From positions 69,619 through 133,618 of the forward strand of contig DASPLK010000001.1 of the NCBI GenBank assembly GCA_035627595.1: a stretch of 64,000 nt of DNA, written 5' to 3'. The translations under genes and the position numbers were made by a program. This document shows, in pieces, positions 45,871 through 55,861 of this stretch. Below the pieces are notes generated by a model. It had not been told where the DNA came from. It did not search any database and saw only the letters and a program-made list of their open reading frames with translations. Positions within the stretch are counted from its first letter, which is position 1; each line of letters begins with the position of its first letter. Source of the DNA: Minisyncoccota bacterium (GTDB lineage Bacteria; Patescibacteriota; Minisyncoccia; Phycocordibacterales; Phycocordibacteraceae).

Positions 45871-47085
45871 ATGAAGTTCCGCGTAATCCTTAAGAGAGAA
45901 GACGGCAGTGAAGAAAAGCGTGTCATGGATGCTGCTTCGAAGTTCGTGGTGTACGAAACTGCGGAAAGAGAGCGTGCGACCGTAATCTCTATAGAGGAGG
46001 ATGCAAGTGGAAGTATTTTTGAGAAGCTCTCGAGCGTGTCCTTTGGGGTTGGCATAAATACGATGCAGCGCATTACGTTCACAAAGAACCTCGCTGCAAT
46101 GCTTTCTGCGGGGCTTACGCTCTCGCGTGCGCTCTCTGTCATTAACCGTCAGTCCACCAATCCTTCCTTAAAGAAAATAGTCATCGACCTTGAGGGAAAG
46201 GTAAAAGAGGGTAGTGGATTCCATGAGGCGCTTGCCGCACATCCAAAGGTTTTCTCTAAACTTTTTATTGCCATGACCAAGGCAGGTGAAGAGTCGGGCA
46301 CCTTGTCTGAATCATTGACGAACGTTGCGCGTCAGATGGACCGCTCATACACGCTACAGAAGAAGATCCAGGGCGCGATGATCTATCCCGCAGTCATTCT
46401 AGTCGCGATCGTCGTCATTGGTGTCCTCATGATGATGTTCGTTGTGCCGACCCTATCTGCCACCTTTACCTCGATGAATGTGGAGCTTCCAACCTCGACC
46501 AAGATCATCATCGCGGTCTCGGACTTTATGAAAGAGCACATGGTCGTAACGCTTGTCCTGCTCGTCGCATCATTTGTCGGGCTCTTCCTTTTTATGCGCT
46601 CGAAGCTTGGAAGTGCACTTATCCTCTGGGGAGCGCTCCGTACGCCGGTCATTGGCGAACTGGTCAAGGAGACGATGAGCGCCCGCGCTGCACGCGCGCT
46701 TTCCTCGCTCCTCTCTTCTGGTGTTGAGATGCTTACCGCTATCTCTATCGCACGTGAAGTTGTGGGCACTAAGATGTTTGCGGACGTACTTGTAGAGGCA
46801 GAGGCGCGTGTGAAAAAGGGAGAACAGCTTTCTGCCGCGTTTGCGGACCATCCGAAGCTCTACCCGGTGTTCGTCGCCGATATGATCGCGGTGGGTGAGG
46901 AGACGGGAAAAGTCTCCGACATGCTCGCGCAGGTTGCGACCTACTATGAAGTGGACGTTGAAGACCGCACCAAGGATCTCTCAACAATTATCGAGCCAAT
47001 CCTGATGCTCTTGATCGGTCTCTTCGTCGGCATCTTCGCAGTCTCCATGATGGCGCCGATCTACTCGCTCTCGTCTCAAATCTAA
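45871..47085 (+). CDS. pilC: type IV pilus platform protein PilC/GspF (two T2SF domains)
   Basis: duplicated GspF pattern (FTKNLAAMLSAGLTLSRAL...; SARAARALSSLLSSGVEMLTAI...), 3 TM; ATG at 45871; the track ORF 45544 is a spurious extension. Confidence 0.85.
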   Translation: MKFRVILKREDGSEEKRVMDAASKFVVYETAERERATVISIEEDASGSIFEKLSSVSFGVGINTMQRITFTKNLAAMLSAGLTLSRALSVINRQSTNPSLKKIVIDLEGKVKEGSGFHEALAAHPKVFSKLFIAMTKAGEESGTLSESLTNVARQMDRSYTLQKKIQGAMIYPAVILVAIVVIGVLMMMFVVPTLSATFTSMNVELPTSTKIIIAVSDFMKEHMVVTLVLLVASFVGLFLFMRSKLGSALILWGALRTPVIGELVKETMSARAARALSSLLSSGVEMLTAISIAREVVGTKMFADVLVEAEARVKKGEQLSAAFADHPKLYPVFVADMIAVGEETGKVSDMLAQVATYYEVDVEDRTKDLSTIIEPILMLLIGLFVGIFAVSMMAPIYSLSSQI

Positions 47086-47112
47086 AACGCGCGTGCGCTA
47101 TCATAGGAAGGT

Positions 47113-48828
47113 ATGCACCGTCCGATGCGCGGAGTCTCACTCGTCGACGTGGTCGTCGGCACCTTCCTTGTACTCGTCGTGTTCCTCGCGCTCTTTGGTC
47201 TCTTGCGTGCTTCCATACTTGTATCATCGGTCGCTAAGTCACGCGCGACCGCAACCTCTATTGCGAGCAGTCAGATCGAGTATGTGCACTCGCTCTCTTA
47301 TGATTCCGTCGGCACTGTTGGCGGCATCCCGCCGGGCGTGGTGCCACAGTATGCGACCACGACGCATAATGGCATCGACTTCGTTACGCGCACGACTATT
47401 CAGTATGTCGATGACCCTGCAGATGGCACGGACGCCTCTGATGTGACCGGCATCACCACCGACTACAAGCGGGTGCGCGTTGCTGTTACGTACACTGTGA
47501 ACTATCGGAGTCGGGAGGTGGCGCTCATTACAAATGTCGTGCCACCAGGACTTGAGACCTCAACCGGCGGTGGAACACTAAAGATTGATGTCGTGAGCGC
47601 GACCGGCATGCCAGTCGCAGGTGCGTCAGTCCGTATTGAGAACGATGACGTATCGCCCGCGGTCGACGTGACCACATTCTCCAATGCGCTTGGTGTCGTG
47701 TATCTTCCGGGAGCAGCAACTTCCACTGCGTACCGCGTATCGGTTCTCAAGACCGGTTACTCGAGCGCGCAGACATATGCACGCGATGCGATCAACCAGA
47801 ATCCGACGCCAGGCTACCTCACTGTTGCCAAGGATCAGACGACGACCGGCACATTCGCAATCGATACACTTGCAACGCTCGTCCTCCGTACGTTCTCACC
47901 TATCGAGCGTGCAACCACTACCGATGCGTTCGATGATGCATCTGGGATTGCGCAGAGTACAAATGTTTCCGTTGGTTCCGGCGCGCTCGAGCTATCAGGA
48001 ACGGTAGGCACCTATCCAAGCACAGGAAGTGCGCGAGGTACGGCGGTTTCACCCGAGCACTTGGCAGCATGGGGAGACATCTCTGCGCAAATCTCTGTGC
48101 CTACGAACACGACTGCGCGCGTGCAAGTTACCGATAGTGCAGGAACACCCCTTCCGGATGCAGTTCTCCCTGGGAACGGAACCGGTTTCACCAACTTTCC
48201 GGTATCGCTCTCGAATGTTTCCACGACCACGTACCCGACACTCGCGCTACTTGCGTCGCTTACTTCAAGCGACGCAAGTACGACACCTGCGGTATTAGCT
48301 TGGTCGCTATCGTACGACGAAGGGCCGCTCCCGCTTCCAGACGTTGGCTTCTCTCTTGTGGGCACTAAGACTATCGGTTCCACGGGAGCGGGTGAGCCGC
48401 TTCATAAGAGCGAAGTATCAGACGTAACCGGTGCGGATGGTACTTGGAATGGAGAGCTTGAATGGGACGTGTACACGCTTTCAATCGAAGGATACGACGT
48501 GGTTGATGCGTGCGGCGCGCCGCCGTTCACCCTTCCGCCGGGCACCACGAGCGACAATCGGCTCATGCTTGGTGACGAAAGCGCGCACATGATTCTCATA
48601 TCTGTGCGTGACACATCGGGCGCGGCTATTGAAGGAGCATCAGTCACGCTCTCGCAAAGCGGTTATGCCTCGACAAAGGTGACCGGAGCATGCGGCACTG
48701 CGTACTTCGGGGACCTCATCAGTTCCACGGCGTATACCGTTGAGGTTGTCAAAAGCGGATACGCCTTGTCGACGCATACGCCGGTCTCGGTATCGGGGAA
48801 GACGTTCTATGCCGCAACACTTGAGTAG
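47113..48828 (+). CDS. large pilin-like protein (571 aa) with a prepilin-type N-terminus and beta-sandwich (CarboxypepD_reg-like) repeats
   Basis: MRG|VSLVDVVVGTFLVLVVFLALFGLL (G then hydrophobic helix, D at +5); repeated ...GASVRIENDDVS...VYLPG...YRVSVLKTGY... modules. Confidence 0.5.
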   Translation: MHRPMRGVSLVDVVVGTFLVLVVFLALFGLLRASILVSSVAKSRATATSIASSQIEYVHSLSYDSVGTVGGIPPGVVPQYATTTHNGIDFVTRTTIQYVDDPADGTDASDVTGITTDYKRVRVAVTYTVNYRSREVALITNVVPPGLETSTGGGTLKIDVVSATGMPVAGASVRIENDDVSPAVDVTTFSNALGVVYLPGAATSTAYRVSVLKTGYSSAQTYARDAINQNPTPGYLTVAKDQTTTGTFAIDTLATLVLRTFSPIERATTTDAFDDASGIAQSTNVSVGSGALELSGTVGTYPSTGSARGTAVSPEHLAAWGDISAQISVPTNTTARVQVTDSAGTPLPDAVLPGNGTGFTNFPVSLSNVSTTTYPTLALLASLTSSDASTTPAVLAWSLSYDEGPLPLPDVGFSLVGTKTIGSTGAGEPLHKSEVSDVTGADGTWNGELEWDVYTLSIEGYDVVDACGAPPFTLPPGTTSDNRLMLGDESAHMILISVRDTSGAAIEGASVTLSQSGYASTKVTGACGTAYFGDLISSTAYTVEVVKSGYALSTHTPVSVSGKTFYAATLE

Positions 48829-48832
48829 CTAT

Positions 48833-49420
48833 ATGACCCACCGCGCTTTTACGCTCATTGAGACCCTGGTCGTTGTCGCTGTTGTGGCAATCGTTGGACT
48901 CGCGCTGCATGCGATCATCCTTCGTTTCTATCAAGCGAACACGTATGTGTTACAGGGAACGGCTGCGGTCAATAGTGCGCGTAACGGTGTCACGACCCTA
49001 TCCTCAAATATTCGTGAGGTGACCTATAGTGACGATGGAGCATACCCGCTGAGCCAGGCAGCGACCTCCTCGGTCACGTTTTATGCAGACGTCGACAAGG
49101 ATGGTGGCGTGGAACGTGTGCGCATGTACCTCATCGAGGGCACCTTTTATCGCGTCGTTACAAACGCAGCAGGTAGCCCGCCAACCTACATGGGCCAGGC
49201 ACCCGCGACGACGACAATTGCGACCTATGTCGCAAACGGTACCTCAACGCCGCTCTTTAGATACTTCAACGCAAGTGGTACAGAGCTAACCGGCTCGGTC
49301 GATACGACAGAAGTCGCATCCATACTTACGACTCTTATGGTCGACATCAACCCGCATCGCGCGCCAGACATCTACACCCTAACCCAGAGCGCGACACTCC
49401 GTAACTTGCGGAACGAGTAA
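48833..49420 (+). CDS. type IV (pseudo)pilin
   Basis: MTHRA|FTLIETLVVVAVVAIVGLAL canonical prepilin N-terminus; ATG at 48833, 5 nt after the upstream stop. Confidence 0.7.
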   Translation: MTHRAFTLIETLVVVAVVAIVGLALHAIILRFYQANTYVLQGTAAVNSARNGVTTLSSNIREVTYSDDGAYPLSQAATSSVTFYADVDKDGGVERVRMYLIEGTFYRVVTNAAGSPPTYMGQAPATTTIATYVANGTSTPLFRYFNASGTELTGSVDTTEVASILTTLMVDINPHRAPDIYTLTQSATLRNLRNE

Positions 49421-49421
49421 T

Positions 49422-50849
49422 ATGAAACCTATGACCCCTCAGCCGCGCGGCTACCTCATGCTCCTTACAATCGTCTTCGGCGCGATCTTCCTCGGCGTTC
49501 TCGGTTCGCTTTCAGGGTACGTACTCTCGCAAAACGAAGCGCAGGTGCGCGCAACAGGGGATGCCAAAGCGTTCTCCATGGCGGAAGCCGGACTCGAGTA
49601 CTACCACTGGTACCTCGCGCACAACCCGGGCGACATTACGCACGGCACCGGGCAGCCCGGGCCCTATGTCATTCCATACAACGACCCGGAAGGCGGAGAG
49701 GCTGGAGAGATAGCGCTTGAGGTGACCGGCAATCTTTCATGCGGGCAGACCACTTCGATTGATATACGCTCGACCGGTATACCAAGTGATGGATCAGGTG
49801 CAGAAAAGACTGTTGTCGGCCGCTACGCGCAGCCGACAGTCGCACAATTCTCGTATGTGCTTAACGACAGTGTCTGGGCAGGTGAGGACCGTGTCATCAA
49901 TGGTCCCTACCATAGCAATGGAGGCATTCGCATGGACGGCACCGCGAATGCGCCGGTCACAAGCTCACTCTCTACATGGCTGTGTACGTCATCATTCGGC
50001 TGTTCACCGAACCAGACGAAAAATGGTGTGTGGGGAAATGGTTCCAATCAGGAGCTCTGGAGCTACCCGGTGCCGCAGGTTGACTTCAGCGGCATCGCTG
50101 CAGACTTCTCAACTCTAAAGACGTACGCGCAGGCCGACGGCATATACCTTCCGCGCTACAGTTCGGGTAATAGTAATGGAGCAGCGTACTGGAGGGGTTA
50201 TCACCTCATCTTTAACGCGAACAATACGGTAACGGTGCGTCGTGTCTCTTCGACCGTCTCTATGGATGTCGTGCCGGTCAACTCCGCGGACCCGGACTGG
50301 GATCGTGCACGGATACAGAACGAAACCAACTACGCGACGTACTCCATACCAGAGGACTGCGGACTCATCTATGTCGAAGACAATGTCTGGGTAGAGGGAA
50401 CGATATCGGACAAGGTAACTGTGGTCGCGGCTAATGTAATCAATACGGGTGTTGAGCCGAGCGCATACCTCAAAGGAAACATCACTTACTCCACCACCAA
50501 CGGCACGGCCGGCCTTGCGCTCATTGCTGAGAAGAATGTGCTTATAGTGCCCGACTCGCCACACAACATGACTCTCAACGGCATCTTCATCGCACAGGGC
50601 GGAGCGTTTGGAAGAAACCTCTACGGATGCCCGAGTTCGTACGAACCGCGTGGCACTCTCACAATTCTTGGTACGACAGTGTCGAACAAGCGCACCGGTA
50701 CTAAATGGGAGAACGGGTGTGGTTGGAGAGGAGACGCTGGATACCAGACGCGCGTGGATGCGTATGACAGAAAGCTCGCGACCGACCCGCCACCGTTTAC
50801 ACCCACTGTCTCTTCCGACTACACCTTCGTCGACTGGCGAGAAGAATAG
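49422..50849 (+). CDS. PilX-like minor pilin or pilus tip-associated protein (475 aa)
   Basis: N-terminus MKPMTPQPRG|YLMLLTIVFGAIFLGVLGSL, a pilin-like hydrophobic segment without E5; beta-rich remainder; start 2 nt after the previous stop. Confidence 0.45.
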   Translation: MKPMTPQPRGYLMLLTIVFGAIFLGVLGSLSGYVLSQNEAQVRATGDAKAFSMAEAGLEYYHWYLAHNPGDITHGTGQPGPYVIPYNDPEGGEAGEIALEVTGNLSCGQTTSIDIRSTGIPSDGSGAEKTVVGRYAQPTVAQFSYVLNDSVWAGEDRVINGPYHSNGGIRMDGTANAPVTSSLSTWLCTSSFGCSPNQTKNGVWGNGSNQELWSYPVPQVDFSGIAADFSTLKTYAQADGIYLPRYSSGNSNGAAYWRGYHLIFNANNTVTVRRVSSTVSMDVVPVNSADPDWDRARIQNETNYATYSIPEDCGLIYVEDNVWVEGTISDKVTVVAANVINTGVEPSAYLKGNITYSTTNGTAGLALIAEKNVLIVPDSPHNMTLNGIFIAQGGAFGRNLYGCPSSYEPRGTLTILGTTVSNKRTGTKWENGCGWRGDAGYQTRVDAYDRKLATDPPPFTPTVSSDYTFVDWREE

Positions 50850-50871
50850 GCGTCCGTGCTAGCATGGACGT

Positions 50872-51609
50872 ATGATCATCGTCGCTAATTGGAAGGCATA
50901 CGTCGATACAACGGAAAAGGCGAAGAAGCTCTTCACTTCTGCGAAGCGCCTTACACAGTATGCGGATATCGTGCTCGCAATGCCGCATCCATATATAGGT
51001 ATGTGTGGAGGTAGCGCTAAGTCTAAGGTCGCACTTGCTGCCCAGGACGTTTCTATAAGTACGGGCGGGGCGGACACGGGAGAGGTGACAGCAGGTACGC
51101 TCGCGTCTCTCGGGGTTTCGTATGCGATCGTCGGCCATTCGGAGCGTCGCGCAAAGGGAGAGACAGATGAAATGGTCCTCGAGAAAGTGAAGCGTGCGCT
51201 CGCACATAACATCACACCAATTCTGTGCGTAGGGGAGCAGGAGCGTGACCCGGATGCTAAGTACCTGAACACGGTACGCGCGCAACTCTCAGCGGTCTTC
51301 TCCCAGCTTTCACAGAAGGAGCGCTTGGCGGTGGTTGTCGCCTATGAGCCTATTTGGGCTATCGGTAAGACCGCAGCAGAATCCATCCAGCCAGTCGATC
51401 TTGAGGAGATGGTTCTGTACATTCGTAAGGTGCTCGGCGAATACCTTCCTGGGAAGAGTCCTTTGAAGGTGCGCGTTATTTATGGAGGTTCCGCTGAGCC
51501 AGGAAACGCACGAGCGCTTGCTGGCGGGAGCGGAATCGACGGCTTCCTCGTAGGGCATGCGAGTGTCGATGTACCTACTTTCTCAGCGCTCGTAAGAGCG
51601 GTCTCATAA
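50872..51609 (+). CDS. tpiA: triosephosphate isomerase
   Basis: MIIVANWKAY..., AYEPIWAIGKT, GGS... Confidence 0.9.
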   Translation: MIIVANWKAYVDTTEKAKKLFTSAKRLTQYADIVLAMPHPYIGMCGGSAKSKVALAAQDVSISTGGADTGEVTAGTLASLGVSYAIVGHSERRAKGETDEMVLEKVKRALAHNITPILCVGEQERDPDAKYLNTVRAQLSAVFSQLSQKERLAVVVAYEPIWAIGKTAAESIQPVDLEEMVLYIRKVLGEYLPGKSPLKVRVIYGGSAEPGNARALAGGSGIDGFLVGHASVDVPTFSALVRAVS

Positions 51610-51612
51610 CTC

Positions 51613-52746
51613 ATGCGGAGCGTCCGCAACATTCCGCACCTTGAAAACGCACCAGTACTAGTGCGCGCCGCACTTAATGTACCGATCGCGGACGGCAAGG
51701 TCGCTAATACATTTCGACTACGTCAAGCATTGCCTACGATTGAGTATCTTCAAAAGAAGCACGCGCGAGTGATACTCATCGGCCATATTGGCGATAAAGG
51801 CACGGAGACTCTGCTGCCGGTAGCTCAGGCATTGCGTGAGTTCATACCACGCCTTTCGTTCTGCCCGTACACCACAGGGGCACAGGCTCGCGCCGCAGTC
51901 CGTGCACTTGTGCCGGGCGAAGTTCTGATGCTTGAGAATTTGCGCAGACACGCGGGTGAGAAGGCGAATGACCCAGAATTTGTCGCAGACCTTGCAGAGC
52001 TCGCGGACGTTTTCGTGCAGGACTCATTTGATGTGTGTCATAGAAAGCACGCATCCGTTATTGGTGTGCCGGAGCTCCTCCCGAGCTACGCGGGCCTTTT
52101 GCTAGAGACAGAGGTGAAGGAGCTGAAGAAGGCGCTAACACCTAAGCGTCCATCGCTCGCGGTGATCGGCGGCGCAAAGTTCAGCACCAAGGAACCAGTC
52201 ATTAAGACGCTCCTCGAGCGGTACGATCGCGTGTTTGTCGGCGGCGCGCTCTCAAACGATTTCTTGCGCGCTAAAGGATATCCGCTTGAAGCGTCTCTGG
52301 TCTCTGAGACTGATCACGATGCAATCAAAAAACTTCTTACGCATCCACGTCTGGTGATTCCTTCGGATGAGATATACGCCGTTCCTGGCGCGCCAGTGTC
52401 TGAAAGTAAGGAGGGTATGCTCGACGGCAAGGCACCGTTCGAGGCCGTCTTAGATAATGGGCCGCGAACTTTAGCGCAGCTTGAATCGATGGTACAGAGC
52501 GCAAAGACCATTCTCTGGAACGGTCCGTTGGGAAACTATGAGAGAGGATATGTAGCAGGGACCGAACGGCTCGCCAAGGCAATCGCAAAGAGTGGCGCGT
52601 ACTCGATACTTGGGGGCGGTGATACGATTGCCGCGGTAGAGAAGCTCGGACTTTCCGGCAGGTTCTCATTCATCTCGACCGGCGGCGGCGCGATGCTCGA
52701 TTTCATCGCTACCGGCACGCTGCCTGGTATTGACGCGCTCTCTTAG
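51613..52746 (+). CDS. pgk: phosphoglycerate kinase
   Basis: VLVRAALNVP, ILIGHIGDKG, GGGDT...GGGA motifs. Confidence 0.9.
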   Translation: MRSVRNIPHLENAPVLVRAALNVPIADGKVANTFRLRQALPTIEYLQKKHARVILIGHIGDKGTETLLPVAQALREFIPRLSFCPYTTGAQARAAVRALVPGEVLMLENLRRHAGEKANDPEFVADLAELADVFVQDSFDVCHRKHASVIGVPELLPSYAGLLLETEVKELKKALTPKRPSLAVIGGAKFSTKEPVIKTLLERYDRVFVGGALSNDFLRAKGYPLEASLVSETDHDAIKKLLTHPRLVIPSDEIYAVPGAPVSESKEGMLDGKAPFEAVLDNGPRTLAQLESMVQSAKTILWNGPLGNYERGYVAGTERLAKAIAKSGAYSILGGGDTIAAVEKLGLSGRFSFISTGGGAMLDFIATGTLPGIDALS

Positions 52747-53156
52747 CAGGCCTTGCGGATCTTCTCCGCGTAATCGTCCATCTCGGTCGCGTTGTAAGTG
52801 CCGACGCCGAACCACTCCCTGAACCCATCGCCGATGTGGCGCGGGATGACATGAAGGTGTACGTGGTCGGTGACCATCTGCCCTGCAGCCGGGTCGTTGT
52901 TCATAATGATGTTTATACCGTCGGCTTTGACGGCTTTTTTAATAGCGGTCGCGAGCTTCTTCGCGACAATCATCATCTTTGCCAATGTGTCTTCCGGCGT
53001 ATCGTAGATGGTTCGGTACTGCTTCTTCGGTACCACAAGCACATGGCCCTTATTGATAGGGTGGATATCGAGAAACGCGACGACATCATCATCCTCATAG
53101 ACCTTGGATGAAGGAATCTTGTCTTTGATGATCTGAGTGAAAATACTGTCGGACAT
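52743..53156 (-). CDS. HIT-family nucleotide hydrolase/transferase
   Basis: MSDSIFTQIIKDKIPSSKVYEDDDVVAFLDIHPINKGHVLVVPK..., histidine triad HVHLHVIP; ATG at 53156; the track extension to 53582 is a shadow of recJ. Confidence 0.8.
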   Translation of the reverse strand: MSDSIFTQIIKDKIPSSKVYEDDDVVAFLDIHPINKGHVLVVPKKQYRTIYDTPEDTLAKMMIVAKKLATAIKKAVKADGINIIMNNDPAAGQMVTDHVHLHVIPRHIGDGFREWFGVGTYNATEMDDYAEKIRKAC

Positions 53157-53201
53157 ATACGTAAAGGATACCGCAGACCTGTTCTGATACAATCCACCCA
53201 C

Positions 53202-54908
53202 ATGACGTCCTTCCCAGAAGCTATTCCCGAGTCCGTACGAGAGGCACTTTCTGGATACGACGACTTCACTGCAGGGCTTCTTGCGCGTAGAGGCATAACA
53301 ACCGCTCCTGAGGCAGAAGCGTTCCTGTCGCCCTCCTATGACGAGCATATTGGGAATCCGATGCGAATACTTAATATGCCAAAAGCAGCAGCGCGTGTGG
53401 CGCGCGCGATAGACGCGCACGAGCGCATTGGCGTCTGGAGCGATTACGACTGTGATGGCATACCGGGAGGTGTGCTGTTTCATGACTTTCTGAAAAAGAC
53501 GGGAGCGAACTTTGTTAACTACATACCGCACCGGCACAAGGAGGGTTTTGGACTGAATGAGAATGGCATCGATAAGCTTCATGCAGATGGTGTCACACTC
53601 CTCATCACTATCGATTGCGGCATAGCAGATGTGGACGCTGTCGCCTATGCGTCTTCACTTGGTATTGATGTCATCATTACTGACCACCACCTCCCAGGTG
53701 TGCTTCCTGACGCATATGCGATTGTGGATCCAAAGCAAGACGGTGAAACAAATGCGTACACAGACTTCTGCGGAGCAGGGCTCGCGTGGAAACTGGTTTG
53801 CGCCGTTCTTCAGCACGGTTTTGCGGGGAGGGAGAAGATACCGGAAGGGTGGGAGAAGTGGCTTCTCGATATGGCAGGTATGGCGACGATTGCCGATATG
53901 GTTCCCCTTACTGGCGAGAACCGTGTTATTGCCCGCTACGGGCTGCTGGTGATGCGCAAGTCGCGCAGACTTGGGCTACAGAAGTTGTGCAAAGTCGCAC
54001 GCGTAAACCAGAGGAGTATTACGGAGGATGATGTAGGTTTCATGCTCGCACCTAGGATCAATGCCGCAAGCCGCATGGGAAACCCAACCGATGCATTCCA
54101 TCTTCTTACAACTAGCGATGAGATCGAAGCAGATACTCTTGCTAAAGAACTCGAACGCATCAATAGAAGTAGAAGAGCTGCCGCAGCTGCAATCACACGC
54201 TCAGTGCATGAGCGACTTGCTGCGCGAACTGATGTGCCTGCAGTTATCGCGATGGGTGACCCTGAGTGGCGCCCGGGGCTCTTGGGGCTTGTAGCGAACT
54301 CAGTTGCAGAGGAGTACGAACGGCCCGTGTTCCTCTGGGGACGCGAGGCAAGTATGCGCGCGAAGGGATCCTGTCGCGCAGGGAAGAAAGGCATGCACGT
54401 CGTCCGCATCATGGAAGCCGCGAAGGACGTGTTCAAGGAGTACGGCGGACACGCAGCATCTGGCGGTTTCACTGTCCATGATGACCAGGTGTTTTTTCTT
54501 GAAGAGAAATTAAATGAGGCTCTATCCTCGCTTGAGGAAATGGGAGAGACAGTAACGCTCCACGAGGCGGATGCATCCGTCGCACCGCATGAGGCTAACA
54601 TCAGACTTCTCTCGTCGTTGGAGAAGTTCGCACCCTTTGGCATGGGAAACCCAAAGCCCGTGTTTCTCCTGAAGGATGTCTTGGTGCGCGAGGTGTCATG
54701 GTTCGGAAAGTCTGAAGAGCACCTGCGCGTCAAAATTGCGCATGAGTCAGGCCAGGTAGAAGCAATCTCTTTCTTTGCAAAGCGCGAACTAGGGAAGGAA
54801 GTCGAACGGGTTACACCGGGCGGGCGGGCGGATTTATTAGCGAACTTGGAACGCGAGCAGTTCACACGCGGTATGCCGGTGCGTCTGAGGATAGTTGCCA
54901 TACGGTAG
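53202..54908 (+). CDS. recJ: single-stranded-DNA-specific exonuclease RecJ (DHH plus DHHA1)
   Basis: SDYDCDGI, ITDHH, DHHA1 region GGHAASGG. Confidence 0.85.
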   Translation: MTSFPEAIPESVREALSGYDDFTAGLLARRGITTAPEAEAFLSPSYDEHIGNPMRILNMPKAAARVARAIDAHERIGVWSDYDCDGIPGGVLFHDFLKKTGANFVNYIPHRHKEGFGLNENGIDKLHADGVTLLITIDCGIADVDAVAYASSLGIDVIITDHHLPGVLPDAYAIVDPKQDGETNAYTDFCGAGLAWKLVCAVLQHGFAGREKIPEGWEKWLLDMAGMATIADMVPLTGENRVIARYGLLVMRKSRRLGLQKLCKVARVNQRSITEDDVGFMLAPRINAASRMGNPTDAFHLLTTSDEIEADTLAKELERINRSRRAAAAAITRSVHERLAARTDVPAVIAMGDPEWRPGLLGLVANSVAEEYERPVFLWGREASMRAKGSCRAGKKGMHVVRIMEAAKDVFKEYGGHAASGGFTVHDDQVFFLEEKLNEALSSLEEMGETVTLHEADASVAPHEANIRLLSSLEKFAPFGMGNPKPVFLLKDVLVREVSWFGKSEEHLRVKIAHESGQVEAISFFAKRELGKEVERVTPGGRADLLANLEREQFTRGMPVRLRIVAIR

Positions 54909-54954
54909 AGTAGTGGTAGGGTAGAGTCTTCCAATAGAAACGGGAGGAAAGAAA

Positions 54955-55353
54955 TTGGAAATAGAAACTAGTTCTTCCGAGGACGAGGACGACATTCAGC
55001 TCAGGCTCGAGTTTGATCCGTGCCGTTGGGTGGAGGTGAAGTTGCGACGTGCTAAGCCGATCGACTTTTCTCTGCTTCCTGACCGGGCATCTGGATTTAA
55101 ACCAACCGGTGAGGTGGCAACACCGCGCATGCTGCTTTTGCTCGGCGAGATTCGCCGGCGTGAACAGCGGCGTAAGCAGCTCGTTGATGCGCGCAAGGTC
55201 GTGAACAACGAGAGTGCGATTGTGATCATGCAGGAGTTCCTTGCAATCGCGATACGCCAAGTTGTGAGTCCCAAATACGCACGATGTGAGTTCCGGATCG
55301 TCCATCCCAATGGCGAGCCGATCATCGTCGCGAGGGGACGTCTCACTCGCTAA
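54955..55353 (+). CDS. hypothetical protein (132 aa)
   Basis: TTG start preceded by SD GGGAGG with a 7 nt spacer; hairpin terminator downstream (55394-55420). Confidence 0.4.
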   Translation: MEIETSSSEDEDDIQLRLEFDPCRWVEVKLRRAKPIDFSLLPDRASGFKPTGEVATPRMLLLLGEIRRREQRRKQLVDARKVVNNESAIVIMQEFLAIAIRQVVSPKYARCEFRIVHPNGEPIIVARGRLTR

Positions 55354-55393
55354 CTGCCGCAAAACGCGTCAGTCCTCAAATCGAAGCAAACAC

Positions 55394-55420
55394 CGGGCCG
55401 ACGCTAAGCGTCGGCCTTTG
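55394..55420 (+). terminator. terminator GGCCGACGC-taag-CGTCGGCC plus TTTGG
   Basis: 9 bp inverted repeat between the hypothetical gene and rnhA. Confidence 0.5.
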
Positions 55421-55438
55421 GCTTGCTATACTCCCTCT

Positions 55439-55861
55439 ATGCATTTCACACTCTATGCCGATGGCGGATCGCGTGGAAACCCAGGACCTGCAGGGGCCGG
55501 CGCGGTTGTGTTTGATCAGGGTGGCAAACGCGTCGTCGAGGTAGCGGATTTTCTCGGAGTTGCGACGAATAACATAGCTGAGTACGAGGCGGTCTTGCGT
55601 GGGCTTGTCGCACTTAAGGATGCGTACCCTGAGGGTTTCTTTATGCATGCAACGGTCACCGTGAAGATGGATAGTAAGCTTGTCATTGAGCAGATGAAAG
55701 GCGCATATCGCGTGAAGCATCCAAACCTCATTCCGCGGCACCTGGAGATTAAGAATCTTATTGCCCGATACTTCTCAACAGTGGAGTTCGTACATGTGCC
55801 TAGAGCGCAGAACGCGGATGCAGATGCGCTTGCCAATAAAGCGATGGACGCTGGCAGATGA
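55439..55861 (+). CDS. rnhA: ribonuclease HI
   Basis: MHFTLYADGGSRGNPGPAGAGAV..., TNNIAEYEA, ...DSKLVIEQM..., RAQNADADALAN; TATACT 9 nt upstream of the ATG. Confidence 0.8.
   Translation: MHFTLYADGGSRGNPGPAGAGAVVFDQGGKRVVEVADFLGVATNNIAEYEAVLRGLVALKDAYPEGFFMHATVTVKMDSKLVIEQMKGAYRVKHPNLIPRHLEIKNLIARYFSTVEFVHVPRAQNADADALANKAMDAGR

Noticed and set aside
53157-53582. Extension of the HIT gene ORF to 279 aa.
   Set aside because: The extra 142 residues are a shadow of the recJ 5' region on the opposite strand. The HIT domain is complete from the ATG at 53156.
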